A stretch of DNA of 64,000 bases from a bacterium (GTDB taxonomy: Bacteria; Patescibacteriota; Minisyncoccia; Phycocordibacterales; UBA12079), in contig DAOWHH010000001.1 of the NCBI GenBank assembly GCA_030641525.1, forward strand, positions 2,626-66,625. Reading direction: 5' to 3'. The notes beneath the pieces were generated by a model. The model was not told the origin of the DNA and ran no database searches. It was given only the letters and a program-made list of their open reading frames with translations. This document shows positions 21,281 through 31,039 of this stretch, one piece after another (the first letter of the stretch is position 1; every line of letters begins with the position of its first letter). The position numbers and the translations under genes were made by a program.

Positions 21281-21310
21281 AAAAACCTCGCATTAATTTG
21301 CGGGGTTTTT
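21281..21310 (+). terminator. Intrinsic terminator
   Basis: aaaaacctcgca...tgcggggttttt. Confidence 0.8.
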
Positions 21311-21335
21311 GTATTGTATTGTATTTTGGATTATT

Positions 21336-21364
21336 AATACTTAGTAGTTGGATTACTAAGTATT
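21336..21364. repeat. tacttagtagttggattactaagta palindrome (copy 1)
   Basis: Identical core at 44134-44162 and inverted at 44069-44094. Confidence 0.85.
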
Positions 21365-21409
21365 TTTTTGTTGATTTTATTTGTTTTTTTTAATAAAATG
21401 ATTATCACT

Positions 21410-22117
21410 ATGTTAAATAAAAATACTATTATATCTATCGTTTTAGGGGTTTTATTATTATCAATTTTTGTTTTTTATGTTAATAAAGATTTATTCAATA
21501 ATGAAAAAATAGATTCTGTGGCTACAACAACTCTTCAAATAGAGGAAATTGGGATTGATAATATAGAAATATCAAATGAGGGGGGAGAATTAATTAAGAT
21601 TGAAGAAATAATTGATGAAAATGTTGAGATCACCAAAGAAAATATCCTTATACCTGATTTAGATAGAAAAATTGTCTTTCTTGATGATTTTCCTGAAGAT
21701 GCTCAACAAATAATGATTGATAGATTGAATACAATTATTCAAGATATAAAAAATAATCCTGATTCTTATGATGATTGGATGAATTTAGGACTTCAAAGAA
21801 AAATAATAGATGATTATGAGGGGGTTAAATTAGCTTGGGAGTATGCGAAATACCTAAACCCAGATCATTTTCTTGTATGGGGCAATTTAGGCGATCTATA
21901 CGCATATTATTTGAAGGATAACATTAAGGCAGAAGAGAATTATATAGGGGCGATTGAATATGGTTCTCATCAAATTCCATTATATTTCAAAATAGCAGAA
22001 TTTTATAGAGAATTTATGAATAATACTCTCAGAGCTATAGAAATGGTGAAATTAGGTATAGAAATTAATCCAAATTCCCAAGATCTAAAAAACCTTTTAG
22101 AATCTCTTAAGGAATAA
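21410..22117 (+). CDS. Membrane-anchored TPR protein
   Basis: N-terminal TM; WMNLG, WGNLGDLY, KAEENY TPR motifs; start uncertain (21398 or 21410). Confidence 0.8.
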   Translation: MLNKNTIISIVLGVLLLSIFVFYVNKDLFNNEKIDSVATTTLQIEEIGIDNIEISNEGGELIKIEEIIDENVEITKENILIPDLDRKIVFLDDFPEDAQQIMIDRLNTIIQDIKNNPDSYDDWMNLGLQRKIIDDYEGVKLAWEYAKYLNPDHFLVWGNLGDLYAYYLKDNIKAEENYIGAIEYGSHQIPLYFKIAEFYREFMNNTLRAIEMVKLGIEINPNSQDLKNLLESLKE

Positions 22118-22156
22118 AAATAAAAACCTCCGGAGACTGGGTCTCTGGAAGTTTTA

Positions 22157-22188
22157 TTATTCACAAGTTATCAACATATTTATACACA
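22157..22188 (+). promoter_or_regulatory. Three tandem DnaA-box-like 9-mers
   Basis: TTATTCACA 22157, TTATCAACA 22168, TTATACACA 22180. Confidence 0.55.
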
Positions 22189-22232
22189 TTTAATGGTTTT
22201 ATGAGATATAATTATTTTAATTATAGATTGAA

Positions 22233-22388
22233 ATGTTAGGAATAAACAAAACATCAATGAGTTTTATATTTGGTTTTATAGGTATAATTCTTATTGGTAT
22301 TATGATTTTGGTTGTGGTGAGTAATGGTGGTATTAATAAAGAGGAATATACTAGTCCAGAGGTTAATATAGCAGATGAGAGTAATTAA
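22233..22388 (+). CDS. Small single-TM protein (51 aa)
   Basis: MLGINKTSMSFIFGFIGIILIGIMILVVVSNGG...DESN*; clear hydrophobic helix. Confidence 0.5.
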   Translation: MLGINKTSMSFIFGFIGIILIGIMILVVVSNGGINKEEYTSPEVNIADESN

Positions 22389-22495
22389 AAAGGATTAAAT
22401 AAATAATTAAAGAACCCAGAGTTCTCAAGAGATTTGAGGATTTTTTTTGTTTTTATTAGTTATAATTAAGTAATTATAAAAATAAAAATAATATT

Positions 22496-23008
22496 ATGAA
22501 AATAAAATTTAAAAAGAATAAGAAATATTTATTACCAACAATTATCTCAATAGTGTCGTTTTCGGTACTTATTTTTTTAATTGTTCAACAAAATGATAAG
22601 GAAATAGTCTTTGTACCTGAAAATGAGGTGAATTTTCAATCTGTTGATGAATATAACGAGTATTATGATGCTTTAATAATGGCTTATAAGAAGGATAATT
22701 TTGGTGGGGATACTCCTGAAGAAACCATTAATGGTCTTGTGGAAGCATTAAAATTAGGAGATGTTGAATTGGCTAGTAAATATTTTGTAGTAGAAAAGCA
22801 AAAAAGAGTGGCTGAAGAATTAGCTATTGGTAAAGAAAATGGAGTTTTGGGTTTGTTAATAGGTGATTTAACTAAAGAAAACGAAGGTTTTGAAATGTTA
22901 GAAAATGAATATAGATTTAGGACTTTTGATGAAAATAATATAGCTGAATTTAGTTTTGATTTAATTCTCAATGAATATACTAATAAATGGAAAATAGAAA
23001 GTCTTTAA
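22496..23008 (+). CDS. Membrane-anchored hypothetical protein (NTF2/DUF4878-like)
   Basis: TM anchor; GGDTPEET...ALKLGDVELASKYF; terminal KWKIESL. Confidence 0.65.
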   Translation: MKIKFKKNKKYLLPTIISIVSFSVLIFLIVQQNDKEIVFVPENEVNFQSVDEYNEYYDALIMAYKKDNFGGDTPEETINGLVEALKLGDVELASKYFVVEKQKRVAEELAIGKENGVLGLLIGDLTKENEGFEMLENEYRFRTFDENNIAEFSFDLILNEYTNKWKIESL

Positions 23009-26000
23009 AATTTCAATTCATAATATTTTTGATGGGAATAATTTTTATTCCCTTTTTTAATGTTTATGCCTATGACGATAAAACTACTCACCCCGCTCTT
23101 ACTCAGGAAATTATTAAATTATTTGAATATCATTATCCTCAATATGAATTCACAGCTAGTGAAAAAGAATTAATAGAAAAGGGAAGTATTGAAGAGGATT
23201 TCCCAATTTATCGTTCTTTATTTCATTTTTATGATCCAATTTATGAAGAGGGTTTTAATGGTAATTTGTCAGCCAAAAAATGGGCTCAAAATACTCGAAT
23301 TCAAGCACTTTTAGATCCAAAATACACAGTACTTTTGGCTAATATTTTTCAAAAATTATTTGAATCTGGTTCAGATTTCAGTTTTGATAGGGCTATTTAT
23401 GACTATATATATGGAGATAAAGAAAGAGCTTTAATTAATTTAGGTCATATTTTGCATCTGATAGAAGATATGTCAGTACCACCTCATACTAGAAATGATT
23501 CTCATGCTTTGGGTTCACCTTATGAAAATTATGCAAAACAATTTATTAAAGAAAATATAGATATTACTAGTAATTTAATTAAAAATCAGGAGAAAGTGAT
23601 TATTTATGATAATTTAGATGATTATTTTTATAATTTAGCTTTATTTTCTAATAATAATTTTTTTAGTCAGGATACTATTTTGGATGAAAAATATGCTTAC
23701 CCTGTAATTGATTATGAAAAAATAGAAAATATTGGTAGTAGATTGAGTATTTTTGGTTATAATCAAAATAAAAATAAATTATTAGAAATAGAGAGAAAAC
23801 GAGATTATAAAACCGGAGAAATGAAAACTTTATACTCAATAGAAGACGATAATTTATTAATTTTATCCGACTATTGGAAATCTCTTTCAAAACAAGCTAT
23901 TTTGCATGGTGCTGGAGTAATGAAATTATTTTTTGATGCTGTAGAAGAAGAAAAAGAAACTTTAGCCTTATTTAATAAAAATCAAAGTGGTTTTGAAAAA
24001 ACTTTAGCTAATTTGAAGGAAAAAATAATAAATCCTTTATCAAAAATAGCAAATTATGTTAATAAACAAGATATGACTGCAGATATTGTGAATTTAGACG
24101 AAAATATAAAGGTAGAAGATGATTTTGAGGTTGAGGTTTTCCAACATCAACCTCAAAATCATCACATCTCTATTGAAAACTCAGACACTCAAGAATTAAA
24201 AGAACTTGCTTTAATTCTAGAAGAAGCTGAAAAAATGGTGGTTAAATTAGAAAAGGATATTAATATTTTTCTAGAACAAAATATAGAGGAAGTAAAAGAA
24301 GAATTAATTATTGAAAAATTAATTGTTGATAATGTTGATGATAATGAATCAGAAGAGAATATTTCTACAAATACTATTATATATGGTGGAGGTGGGGGAA
24401 GTGGAAATCCTGTTGATAACTCCAATATAGAAGATATAGAGGAAGGGGTAGATGGGGATATTATTGAAATATTAGCTCCTCAAATAACAAGTCCGTCTGA
24501 TTTTTCACAAGCATTTACAGCTACTACTATCAATTTTTCTGGAACAGCATCATCAACCCAAATAATTTCCACTGACTTTTCTAATGCCACAACAACAGTT
24601 GATTCAGATAATACATGGGAATTGACTTTATCTAGTTTTAATCAAGGAACCACTACAATAAATTTTTATGCTGATGATAATCAAGGTAATATTTCTAGTT
24701 CAACACCTATAACCCTGAATATTTTTTTACCCGCTCCAGATATTTCATTAGAAATTATACAATGTGACAATTCAATGACCACGAATTCTTGTTTGATAGC
24801 GACAACCACCCTTGATATTTTATGGTCATCTACGGCATTAAACGAGGATCTAAGTCATTTTAATATCAATAAAAATAACGAGTTTTCCACAACCACAGCC
24901 ACCTCTACTCAAGTGATAGATTTAATTGATGGAGAAATATATACATTTTCTATCTCAGTTATGGGAACCAATGGAAATTCATCAGCTACCTCCACACAAA
25001 CGGTCATTGTTAACACTTTACCAATAATTATTAATGAAATAGCTTGGAGAGGAACAACTGCTTCAACAACAGACGAATGGATAGAACTTTATAATCGCTC
25101 AGATGAGGATATTGATTTAAGTGATTGGATATTATATACAGAAGATTTAGCCCCTTTTCTCACTTTTGATGAAGCTAATGATAAAATAATTGAAGCCAAT
25201 AGTTATTATTTAATTGAAAGGACAGAAGATGACACTACAATTAGCGATATTACTGCTGATTTAGCGACACCTTTTAGTGGTTTGACTGGAAGTTCGGGCT
25301 TAGAAAATTCTGGAGAACATCTGATTTTAGCTTATAAACAAACAAATCAAGCGACTACAACCATTGATGAAGTCCCATTTGGTGATGGATGGCCAACAGG
25401 AGATGCAACTCGCAGTCTTGAAAAATACAATCCCGATTTATTAGGTACGGATGTGGATAATTGGTCTTTATCTGTACCTTATACAGCATCTCAGGATTTA
25501 TTAAATGGCTTAGATGTTAACGGAAATATTATTCTAGGAACACCAAAGGCAAGAAATAGTATAAATTATAAAATCGCTATGGGTGATACCTTAGATACCG
25601 ACAAAACCTTAAATGCCTCTAATTCACCTTATTATATCGGAACTGATGGCTTGACTATTCAGACAGGAAAAACTTTGACTATTGAAGAAGGGGTTATAAT
25701 AAAAACTATAAGAAAATACGGGGATGCTCAATTATTAGTTGATGGTACTATCAATGCTAATGGTTCAGTAGAAGATCCCATTATTTTCACATTTTTTGGA
25801 GATGATGAGGGAGGAGATACAAATGGAGATGGTGTTTGTGTTTCAGGAGTAGCAACAACTACTTGTCCTGGAGAATTTAATAATTATTGGTCCCAAGTGA
25901 TTTTAACTTCTAATAGTGAAAATTCAATATTTAATAATGTGATTTTTAGATACGGAGGTTATCGCTTAGGTACCTATTATCCTGAAGCTATGGTAATACT

Positions 26001-26871
26001 AGAAGATGCAATTGCCGATTTCACAAACACCTCTTTTGAAAATTCTAAAACTAGTGGTTTGGATTTAGTATCTTCTACTTCAACAATTGAAAATTGTGAT
26101 TTTGAAAATAATAAACAAGAGATGGGGTATTATGGACTTCATGCTTTAAATAGTGGTTTAGATATTCAAAATTCTAATTTTGATAATAACCAAATTGGGT
26201 TATATCTTTCTGATTCTGTGGGGGCTAATATCAATTCTAATATTTTTACTAATAATAATGATTATGCTTTGAAGATAAGCGGTTCACCTAATATTCAGAT
26301 AGAAAATAATCAAGGATCTGATAATAATATTAATGCTATTGAAATTTTTGGTTATATTACGAATGAGATAGCAACGACTATTCTTGCTCAAAATCCATTA
26401 CCATATATTATAGATAGACCTTTAGTTTCATCTCCTGATACAGTTTTAGATATTGAAGCAGGAACGGTTTTTAAATTTGATGATGGGGGATATATAAACA
26501 TAGGGGGTCAATTAAATGTAAACGGTTCAGAAGGAAATGAAGTATTATTTACTTCTGTATATGATGACAGTGATGGGGTTGATATTTTTAATGATGGATC
26601 TATGGCGACAAGTTCAATACCAAAAGAAGGAAGTATTAATATTCTTTCAGCTACATCTACTATTCAAAATGCAGAATTTAATTATCTGTATATGGCAACA
26701 AAATATCAAAATACTGGTTCTTTCCAATCCCCGATTGATCTAAAAAATATTATTTTCAAACATAATACTTGGTCTATTCTTGCAGATGAAGAAGATACAC
26801 CTGTAAATAGAGCGGAAAATATAGAATTTATAGGAATTCAATCAATGTCATCTCTCTCAAATTGGCCTTAA
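22987..26871 (+). CDS. Secreted multidomain protein: Zn phospholipase C/P1-nuclease-like domain, Ig/FN3, lamin-tail domain, beta-helix
   Basis: AYDDKTTH, HFYDP, LGHILHLIEDMSVPPH; IINEIAWRGT..DEWIELYN; Asn-rich beta-helix repeats. Confidence 0.78.
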   Translation: MENRKSLKFQFIIFLMGIIFIPFFNVYAYDDKTTHPALTQEIIKLFEYHYPQYEFTASEKELIEKGSIEEDFPIYRSLFHFYDPIYEEGFNGNLSAKKWAQNTRIQALLDPKYTVLLANIFQKLFESGSDFSFDRAIYDYIYGDKERALINLGHILHLIEDMSVPPHTRNDSHALGSPYENYAKQFIKENIDITSNLIKNQEKVIIYDNLDDYFYNLALFSNNNFFSQDTILDEKYAYPVIDYEKIENIGSRLSIFGYNQNKNKLLEIERKRDYKTGEMKTLYSIEDDNLLILSDYWKSLSKQAILHGAGVMKLFFDAVEEEKETLALFNKNQSGFEKTLANLKEKIINPLSKIANYVNKQDMTADIVNLDENIKVEDDFEVEVFQHQPQNHHISIENSDTQELKELALILEEAEKMVVKLEKDINIFLEQNIEEVKEELIIEKLIVDNVDDNESEENISTNTIIYGGGGGSGNPVDNSNIEDIEEGVDGDIIEILAPQITSPSDFSQAFTATTINFSGTASSTQIISTDFSNATTTVDSDNTWELTLSSFNQGTTTINFYADDNQGNISSSTPITLNIFLPAPDISLEIIQCDNSMTTNSCLIATTTLDILWSSTALNEDLSHFNINKNNEFSTTTATSTQVIDLIDGEIYTFSISVMGTNGNSSATSTQTVIVNTLPIIINEIAWRGTTASTTDEWIELYNRSDEDIDLSDWILYTEDLAPFLTFDEANDKIIEANSYYLIERTEDDTTISDITADLATPFSGLTGSSGLENSGEHLILAYKQTNQATTTIDEVPFGDGWPTGDATRSLEKYNPDLLGTDVDNWSLSVPYTASQDLLNGLDVNGNIILGTPKARNSINYKIAMGDTLDTDKTLNASNSPYYIGTDGLTIQTGKTLTIEEGVIIKTIRKYGDAQLLVDGTINANGSVEDPIIFTFFGDDEGGDTNGDGVCVSGVATTTCPGEFNNYWSQVILTSNSENSIFNNVIFRYGGYRLGTYYPEAMVILEDAIADFTNTSFENSKTSGLDLVSSTSTIENCDFENNKQEMGYYGLHALNSGLDIQNSNFDNNQIGLYLSDSVGANINSNIFTNNNDYALKISGSPNIQIENNQGSDNNINAIEIFGYITNEIATTILAQNPLPYIIDRPLVSSPDTVLDIEAGTVFKFDDGGYINIGGQLNVNGSEGNEVLFTSVYDDSDGVDIFNDGSMATSSIPKEGSINILSATSTIQNAEFNYLYMATKYQNTGSFQSPIDLKNIIFKHNTWSILADEEDTPVNRAENIEFIGIQSMSSLSNWP

Positions 26872-27038
26872 ATTAGGGTTATATATTCCAAAAACTGGAG
26901 GGTTTTTTGGAAAGAGTTAATAAAATAACAATTAAATTGTCCCTAAAATCTCTTTACAAAAGATACACAAAAGAGTATATTTTCATCAAGAAATGAATGT
27001 TTTAAATTAAATAAACTTCCAATAATAAAGAGGTAAAA

Positions 27039-27311
27039 ATGAAAGATTCCGAATGTTCGCAGTTACTTAATTGTTTAAAAAAAGGGTGTAGCGGAGAAGT
27101 GAATCACTCTTCTCATAACCCAAAAAATTTGCGAGTACAAGTAAAAATGTATGTTAATGTATATCCTTGTTCAAAATGTGATGCTTCTTATCGTATTAAC
27201 GAAGGGGAATTGATTCTTGTTGATGAAAAAGGTTTTGATATCAAAAAAACTCAAACACCTAAGGGGGGACTCTGTCTTGATCCACATATTTTGCACGGTA
27301 CAAATCGTTAA
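27039..27311 (+). CDS. Small Cys-rich hypothetical protein
   Basis: SD gaggt; CLKKGC and CSKC pairs suggest a Zn ribbon. Confidence 0.5.
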   Translation: MKDSECSQLLNCLKKGCSGEVNHSSHNPKNLRVQVKMYVNVYPCSKCDASYRINEGELILVDEKGFDIKKTQTPKGGLCLDPHILHGTNR

Positions 27312-27411
27312 GTCTCTCAAATCATCGGATATTTATTCGGTGATTTTTTATTTAAATTTCTTTCTTTACAAAATATTTGCAATTTTTATTTTTAATGTTA
27401 AAGTATAATAA

Positions 27412-27540
27412 TCAAAGATCAGAGAAAATGGGTTTTAAGGGGAAACTTTTGAATAAATCCTATTTAGGTCGAAACACTAAATATATGCGTGTTTTTCTCT
27501 GAGTCTTGTTTACCATAAGGTAAATGGGATTTTTATTTAT
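27412..27540 (+). promoter_or_regulatory. Probable L10 leader (rplJ autoregulatory RNA)
   Basis: Directly upstream of rplJ after TATAAT; tcagagaaaa pairs with ttttctctga; inner tttagg-tcgaaac-actaaa hairpin. Confidence 0.55.
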
Positions 27541-27554
27541 TTAAAGATATTATA

Positions 27555-28040
27555 ATGGCAATTATAAAAGAAAAGAAAAAAGGGCTTTTAGATAAAATCA
27601 AAGGAATTTTAGGAGATTCTAAAACAATTGTGTTTGTGAATTTCAAAGGACTGAATGTATTGGATACTACTCAATTACGAAATGATTTGAGAAATGAAGG
27701 TTCACTATATACAGTAACTAAAAAAACTTTACTTAAAAAAAGCCTAGAAGAATCTTCTGTTAAAGGAGAACTTCCTGAATTAGAAGGTGAGTTAGCTATA
27801 GCTTATAGTGAGGATGAAATTGCTCCTGCTAGAGGAGTTTATGAATTCCAGAAGAAACATAAAGATAATATATCAATTTTAGGAGGAATTTTTGAAGGGG
27901 AATATGTAGATAAAGAAAAAATGTTATCCATTGCACAAATTCCTTCACTAAAGGGATTACAAGGTCAATTTGTTAATGTAATAAATTCTCCTATCCAAGG
28001 ATTGGTTATTGCATTGAATGAAATTGCTGGAAGAGATTAA
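27555..28040 (+). CDS. rplJ: 50S ribosomal protein L10
   Basis: FKGL.V...LR..LR, VTKKTLL; adjacent to rplL. Confidence 0.95.
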   Translation: MAIIKEKKKGLLDKIKGILGDSKTIVFVNFKGLNVLDTTQLRNDLRNEGSLYTVTKKTLLKKSLEESSVKGELPELEGELAIAYSEDEIAPARGVYEFQKKHKDNISILGGIFEGEYVDKEKMLSIAQIPSLKGLQGQFVNVINSPIQGLVIALNEIAGRD

Positions 28041-28155
28041 GTTATTTGGTAGTCGGATTATCAAGTAAAATTATTGGAATTAAAAATTAGAAAAAAGATT
28101 TAGGAAGTAAATTTTCTCTTAAATCTTAAATCTATTTAAGGTGGATTAAAATATT

Positions 28156-28701
28156 ATGGAAGAAAAAAAAGATGAAGTAGTTGAAGAAGCTACTGAAGTA
28201 AAGGAAGAAACAGTAGAAGCTCCTGTAGAAGAAGCTAAAACTGAAGATCCTAAACCTGAGGTCGGACAAGAAAAAAAGAAAGAAGTAGGAGAGGATACTA
28301 ACCCTGCAGACGGGCAAGATGTAGAAGTTCCTAAAAAATTTAAAACATTGGTAGAAGGAATTGAATCTATGTCTGTGCTTGATTTAAATGAATTAGTTAA
28401 ATTACTTGAAAAGAAATTTGGTGTATCAGCTGCAGCTGTTGCCGTAGCAGGTGGACCAATTGCTAGTGCTGATGACGGAGCAGAAGAAAAAAGTGCTTTT
28501 GATGTAGAACTTACATCTGTTGGAGATCAAAAAATAGCAGTTATTAAAGCTGTTAAAGGTGCTTTAGGATTAGGTCTGAAAGAGGCTAAAGATTTGGTTG
28601 ATGCAGCTCCTACGGTTTTGAAAAAGGATATGAAGAAAGAAGAAGCTGAATCTTTGAAGAAAGATATAGAAGAAGCTGGAGGAAAGGTTGAATTGAAATA
28701 A
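28156..28701 (+). CDS. rplL: 50S ribosomal protein L7/L12 with acidic N-terminal extension
   Basis: [26 protein letters not shown]. Confidence 0.97.
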   Translation: MEEKKDEVVEEATEVKEETVEAPVEEAKTEDPKPEVGQEKKKEVGEDTNPADGQDVEVPKKFKTLVEGIESMSVLDLNELVKLLEKKFGVSAAAVAVAGGPIASADDGAEEKSAFDVELTSVGDQKIAVIKAVKGALGLGLKEAKDLVDAAPTVLKKDMKKEEAESLKKDIEEAGGKVELK

Positions 28702-28743
28702 ATATTACCATAATCATTTTTACTAATCCTCACTCGAAATTAT
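28696..28743 (+). repeat. ~90-bp element family, 3' half copy
   Basis: taatcatttttactaatcctcactcgaaattat is identical to the reverse complement of 30027-30059. Confidence 0.85.
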
Positions 28744-28784
28744 CATTAAAAAACAGCTATCGGATAGCTGTTTTTTAATGATAA
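28740..28784 (+). terminator. Long perfect hairpin/terminator after rplL
   Basis: ttatcattaaaaaacagctat-cgg-atagctgttttttaatgataa. Confidence 0.8.
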
Positions 28785-28805
28785 TTTTATTATTTATTAA
28801 TCCTC

Positions 28806-28833
28806 TTGACATATTATGTTATCTATATATAAT
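28806..28833 (+). promoter_or_regulatory. Sigma70 promoter
   Basis: TTGACA N16 TATAAT. Confidence 0.65.
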
Positions 28834-28906
28834 TTAAATAATTATATAACGATAATCAAAATAATTTTTAGTTATCTAAATTCAAATAGTTCTTTGGGAG
28901 GAGAAT

Positions 28907-29296
28907 ATGAACAATAATAGGCAGATTACTAAAATACTGGGTATTTTAGTAATAGTGGTAATTGTAATGAGTGGTTGTTCAAGAGGTTTTCCATCTTTTT
29001 CAAAAGATGAAAAAATATGGTTAGGAGCTTGTATGTCCGGTCAAATAGTTGATTTATACACAACAGATCAAGGTCTTAAAAGAGGATTTGGAGAAGCTAA
29101 TCAAGTGACTTTTAGTGAAAAACCAAGCATAGAAGAATTATTTTTTAAAAAATTATTCATATATGCAGGGATGTACTTTGTATCTTGGTTGACAGAAGAT
29201 CCTGACGATGATGAAGATATTTCTATTGTGTGTGCAACATTAGGTTTTGGAGCTGCTGGATATAATCAGCATCTTATCGACACAAATTCACAATAA
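28907..29296 (+). CDS. Putative lipoprotein
   Basis: Lipobox MSGC after a hydrophobic stretch; SD ggagg; own promoter and terminator. Confidence 0.65.
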   Translation: MNNNRQITKILGILVIVVIVMSGCSRGFPSFSKDEKIWLGACMSGQIVDLYTTDQGLKRGFGEANQVTFSEKPSIEELFFKKLFIYAGMYFVSWLTEDPDDDEDISIVCATLGFGAAGYNQHLIDTNSQ

Positions 29297-29302
29297 CCGT
29301 TC

Positions 29303-29331
29303 AATAACCCTCTTTTTTGAGGGTTATTTTT
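29303..29331 (+). terminator. Intrinsic terminator
   Basis: aataaccctc...gagggttatt followed by T-run. Confidence 0.75.
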
Positions 29332-29412
29332 ATAAAATACTTCTTAGTATTATCAACTATATGAAGTAAATTGTTATTGTAGATATTTTAAATTTTTGAT
29401 AATATTATTTAT

Positions 29413-30030
29413 ATGGAAACTCTAACTAAATTATTTGGGACCTCAGCTAAAGTAAAAATAATGAGATTATTTTTATCTAATGAAGATCAGGTTTTTAATA
29501 ATGCTGATATTTCAAAAAAAACAAAGGTTTCTTTAGCTAATGTTAGAAAGGAATTAAATATTTTGGAAAAAATTAATCTTGTTAAAAGAAAGGTTTTCTA
29601 CAAAGAAATAGAAAAGAAAAAAGCTGGAAAAATAATTATCGAAAAGAAGAAAAATAATGGTTGGGTATTAGATAAGAGTTTTTCTTTATTAAGTCCTCTT
29701 AAAAACTTACTTATTAAAAGTAGTCCTTTGGAGTCCAAGGAAATAATATCTCGACTCAAAAAAGGAGGAAATCTTAAATTGGTGATAATATCAGGAGTAT
29801 TTGTACAAGAAAAGGATAGTAGGGTAGATATTTTAATAGTAGGGGACAATTTGGATAATTCTTATTTAGACAGGGCTATTCATACTATTGAATCTGAAAT
29901 AGGACAGGAATTAATATATTCTGTTCTAGAAACAGCTGATTTTATATACAGATTAGGAGTTTACGATAAATTATTAAGAGATATTTTAGATTTTTCTCAT
30001 AAAAAACTAATTAATAAATTGAATTTATAA
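29413..30030 (+). CDS. Winged-helix plus nucleotidyltransferase-like protein
   Basis: LFGTSAKVKIMRLF wHTH; SGVF...VDILIVGD NTase-like motif. Confidence 0.75.
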   Translation: METLTKLFGTSAKVKIMRLFLSNEDQVFNNADISKKTKVSLANVRKELNILEKINLVKRKVFYKEIEKKKAGKIIIEKKKNNGWVLDKSFSLLSPLKNLLIKSSPLESKEIISRLKKGGNLKLVIISGVFVQEKDSRVDILIVGDNLDNSYLDRAIHTIESEIGQELIYSVLETADFIYRLGVYDKLLRDILDFSHKKLINKLNL

Positions 30031-30116
30031 TTTCGAGTGAGGATTAGTAAAAATGATTACGCTAGTATTTATTTTTACTATATCCGAGCGATGGAATTAT
30101 ATGCTTGCTTCATATA
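30027..30116 (-). repeat. ~90-bp structured element family, full copy (reverse)
   Basis: Reverse complement tatatgaagcaagcatataattccatcgctcggatatagtaaaaat...atttttactaatcctcactcgaaattat. Confidence 0.9.
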
Positions 30117-30157
30117 GTTTATTTGCCTTAAGTGGGGTTAAAATTAGGATAAGTGGT

Positions 30158-30166
30158 TTATCCACA
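30158..30166 (+). promoter_or_regulatory. DnaA box
   Basis: Perfect TTATCCACA in an intergenic promoter region. Confidence 0.5.
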
Positions 30167-30337
30167 ATTATTGTATTATATATCTCTTATATAATGATAT
30201 TATATGAATATATAGTAATAAAGGTCGTCAAATCATAAAACCAATGTTGTTTTTGGTGGTTAAGTTAAACTATCCGATCAAGTTTTTGGTATATGATAAT
30301 AATTAAAAAATAATTATTAATTATAAATTTAGAAAAT

Positions 30338-31021
30338 ATGATATTACAAACTTGGGGTGAAGTGTTATCACAATCTTTTTTGAATCTTTGGATGGTGATT
30401 GTGAGTTTTGTTCCTAACCTAATTGTGGCAATAGTAATTTTTATTGCTGGTTGGGTAGCTGGAGTTTTGTTTGGAAGAGTAATTGAACGAATCATTCGTT
30501 CACTTGGTGTTGATAAGGTATTACGAAGTGCAGGTGTGGAAAAGACATTTAATAAAGCAGGCTTTCGTTTGGATACAGGAGCTTTCATTGGTGCTTTAAT
30601 TAAATGGTTTATCATAGTTGTTTTCTTAATAGCATCTTTTGATGTTTTGGGACTTGATCAAGTAAATCTATTCTTACAACAAGTTGTTCTGCTATACCTT
30701 CCAAGAGTAATAGTTTCGGCTATAATTCTTTTAGTTGCAGCAGTTATTGCTGAAGTAACAGAAAATCTTGTTAGAGGATCAGCCAAAGCAGCAGGTGTTA
30801 AACAAGCTCGTTTATTAGGAGTTATTTCTCATTGGGCAATCCTAATTTTTGCTGGTTTAATGGCTCTTTATCAAATAGGAGTAGCAGCAACATTTGTACA
30901 AACATTATTTACAGGATTTGTTGTAGCTTTATCTTTGGCGATTGGACTTTCGTTTGGTTTAGGTGGAAAGAATGCAGCAGCGGATGTTATAGATGAATTT
31001 AGAAAAAAAATAGGTAAATAA
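30338..31021 (+). CDS. TM-helix repeat protein (MscS/CmpX-like)
   Basis: FVPNLIVA.VI, YLPRVIVSA repeats; GLSFGLGG. Confidence 0.85.
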   Translation: MILQTWGEVLSQSFLNLWMVIVSFVPNLIVAIVIFIAGWVAGVLFGRVIERIIRSLGVDKVLRSAGVEKTFNKAGFRLDTGAFIGALIKWFIIVVFLIASFDVLGLDQVNLFLQQVVLLYLPRVIVSAIILLVAAVIAEVTENLVRGSAKAAGVKQARLLGVISHWAILIFAGLMALYQIGVAATFVQTLFTGFVVALSLAIGLSFGLGGKNAAADVIDEFRKKIGK

Positions 31022-31039
31022 TCTAGTAAATTAAGGATG

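Noticed and set aside
17300..22200. Replication origin at the DnaA boxes
   Set aside because: Few boxes, no dnaA/dnaN nearby, and no switch in gene-strand bias across the region.
30053..30238. 61-aa ORF, and the similar 28527-28733 and 35927-36118 minus-strand ORFs
   Set aside because: They overlap the ~90-bp repeat or lie antisense to ribosomal genes and show no protein features.
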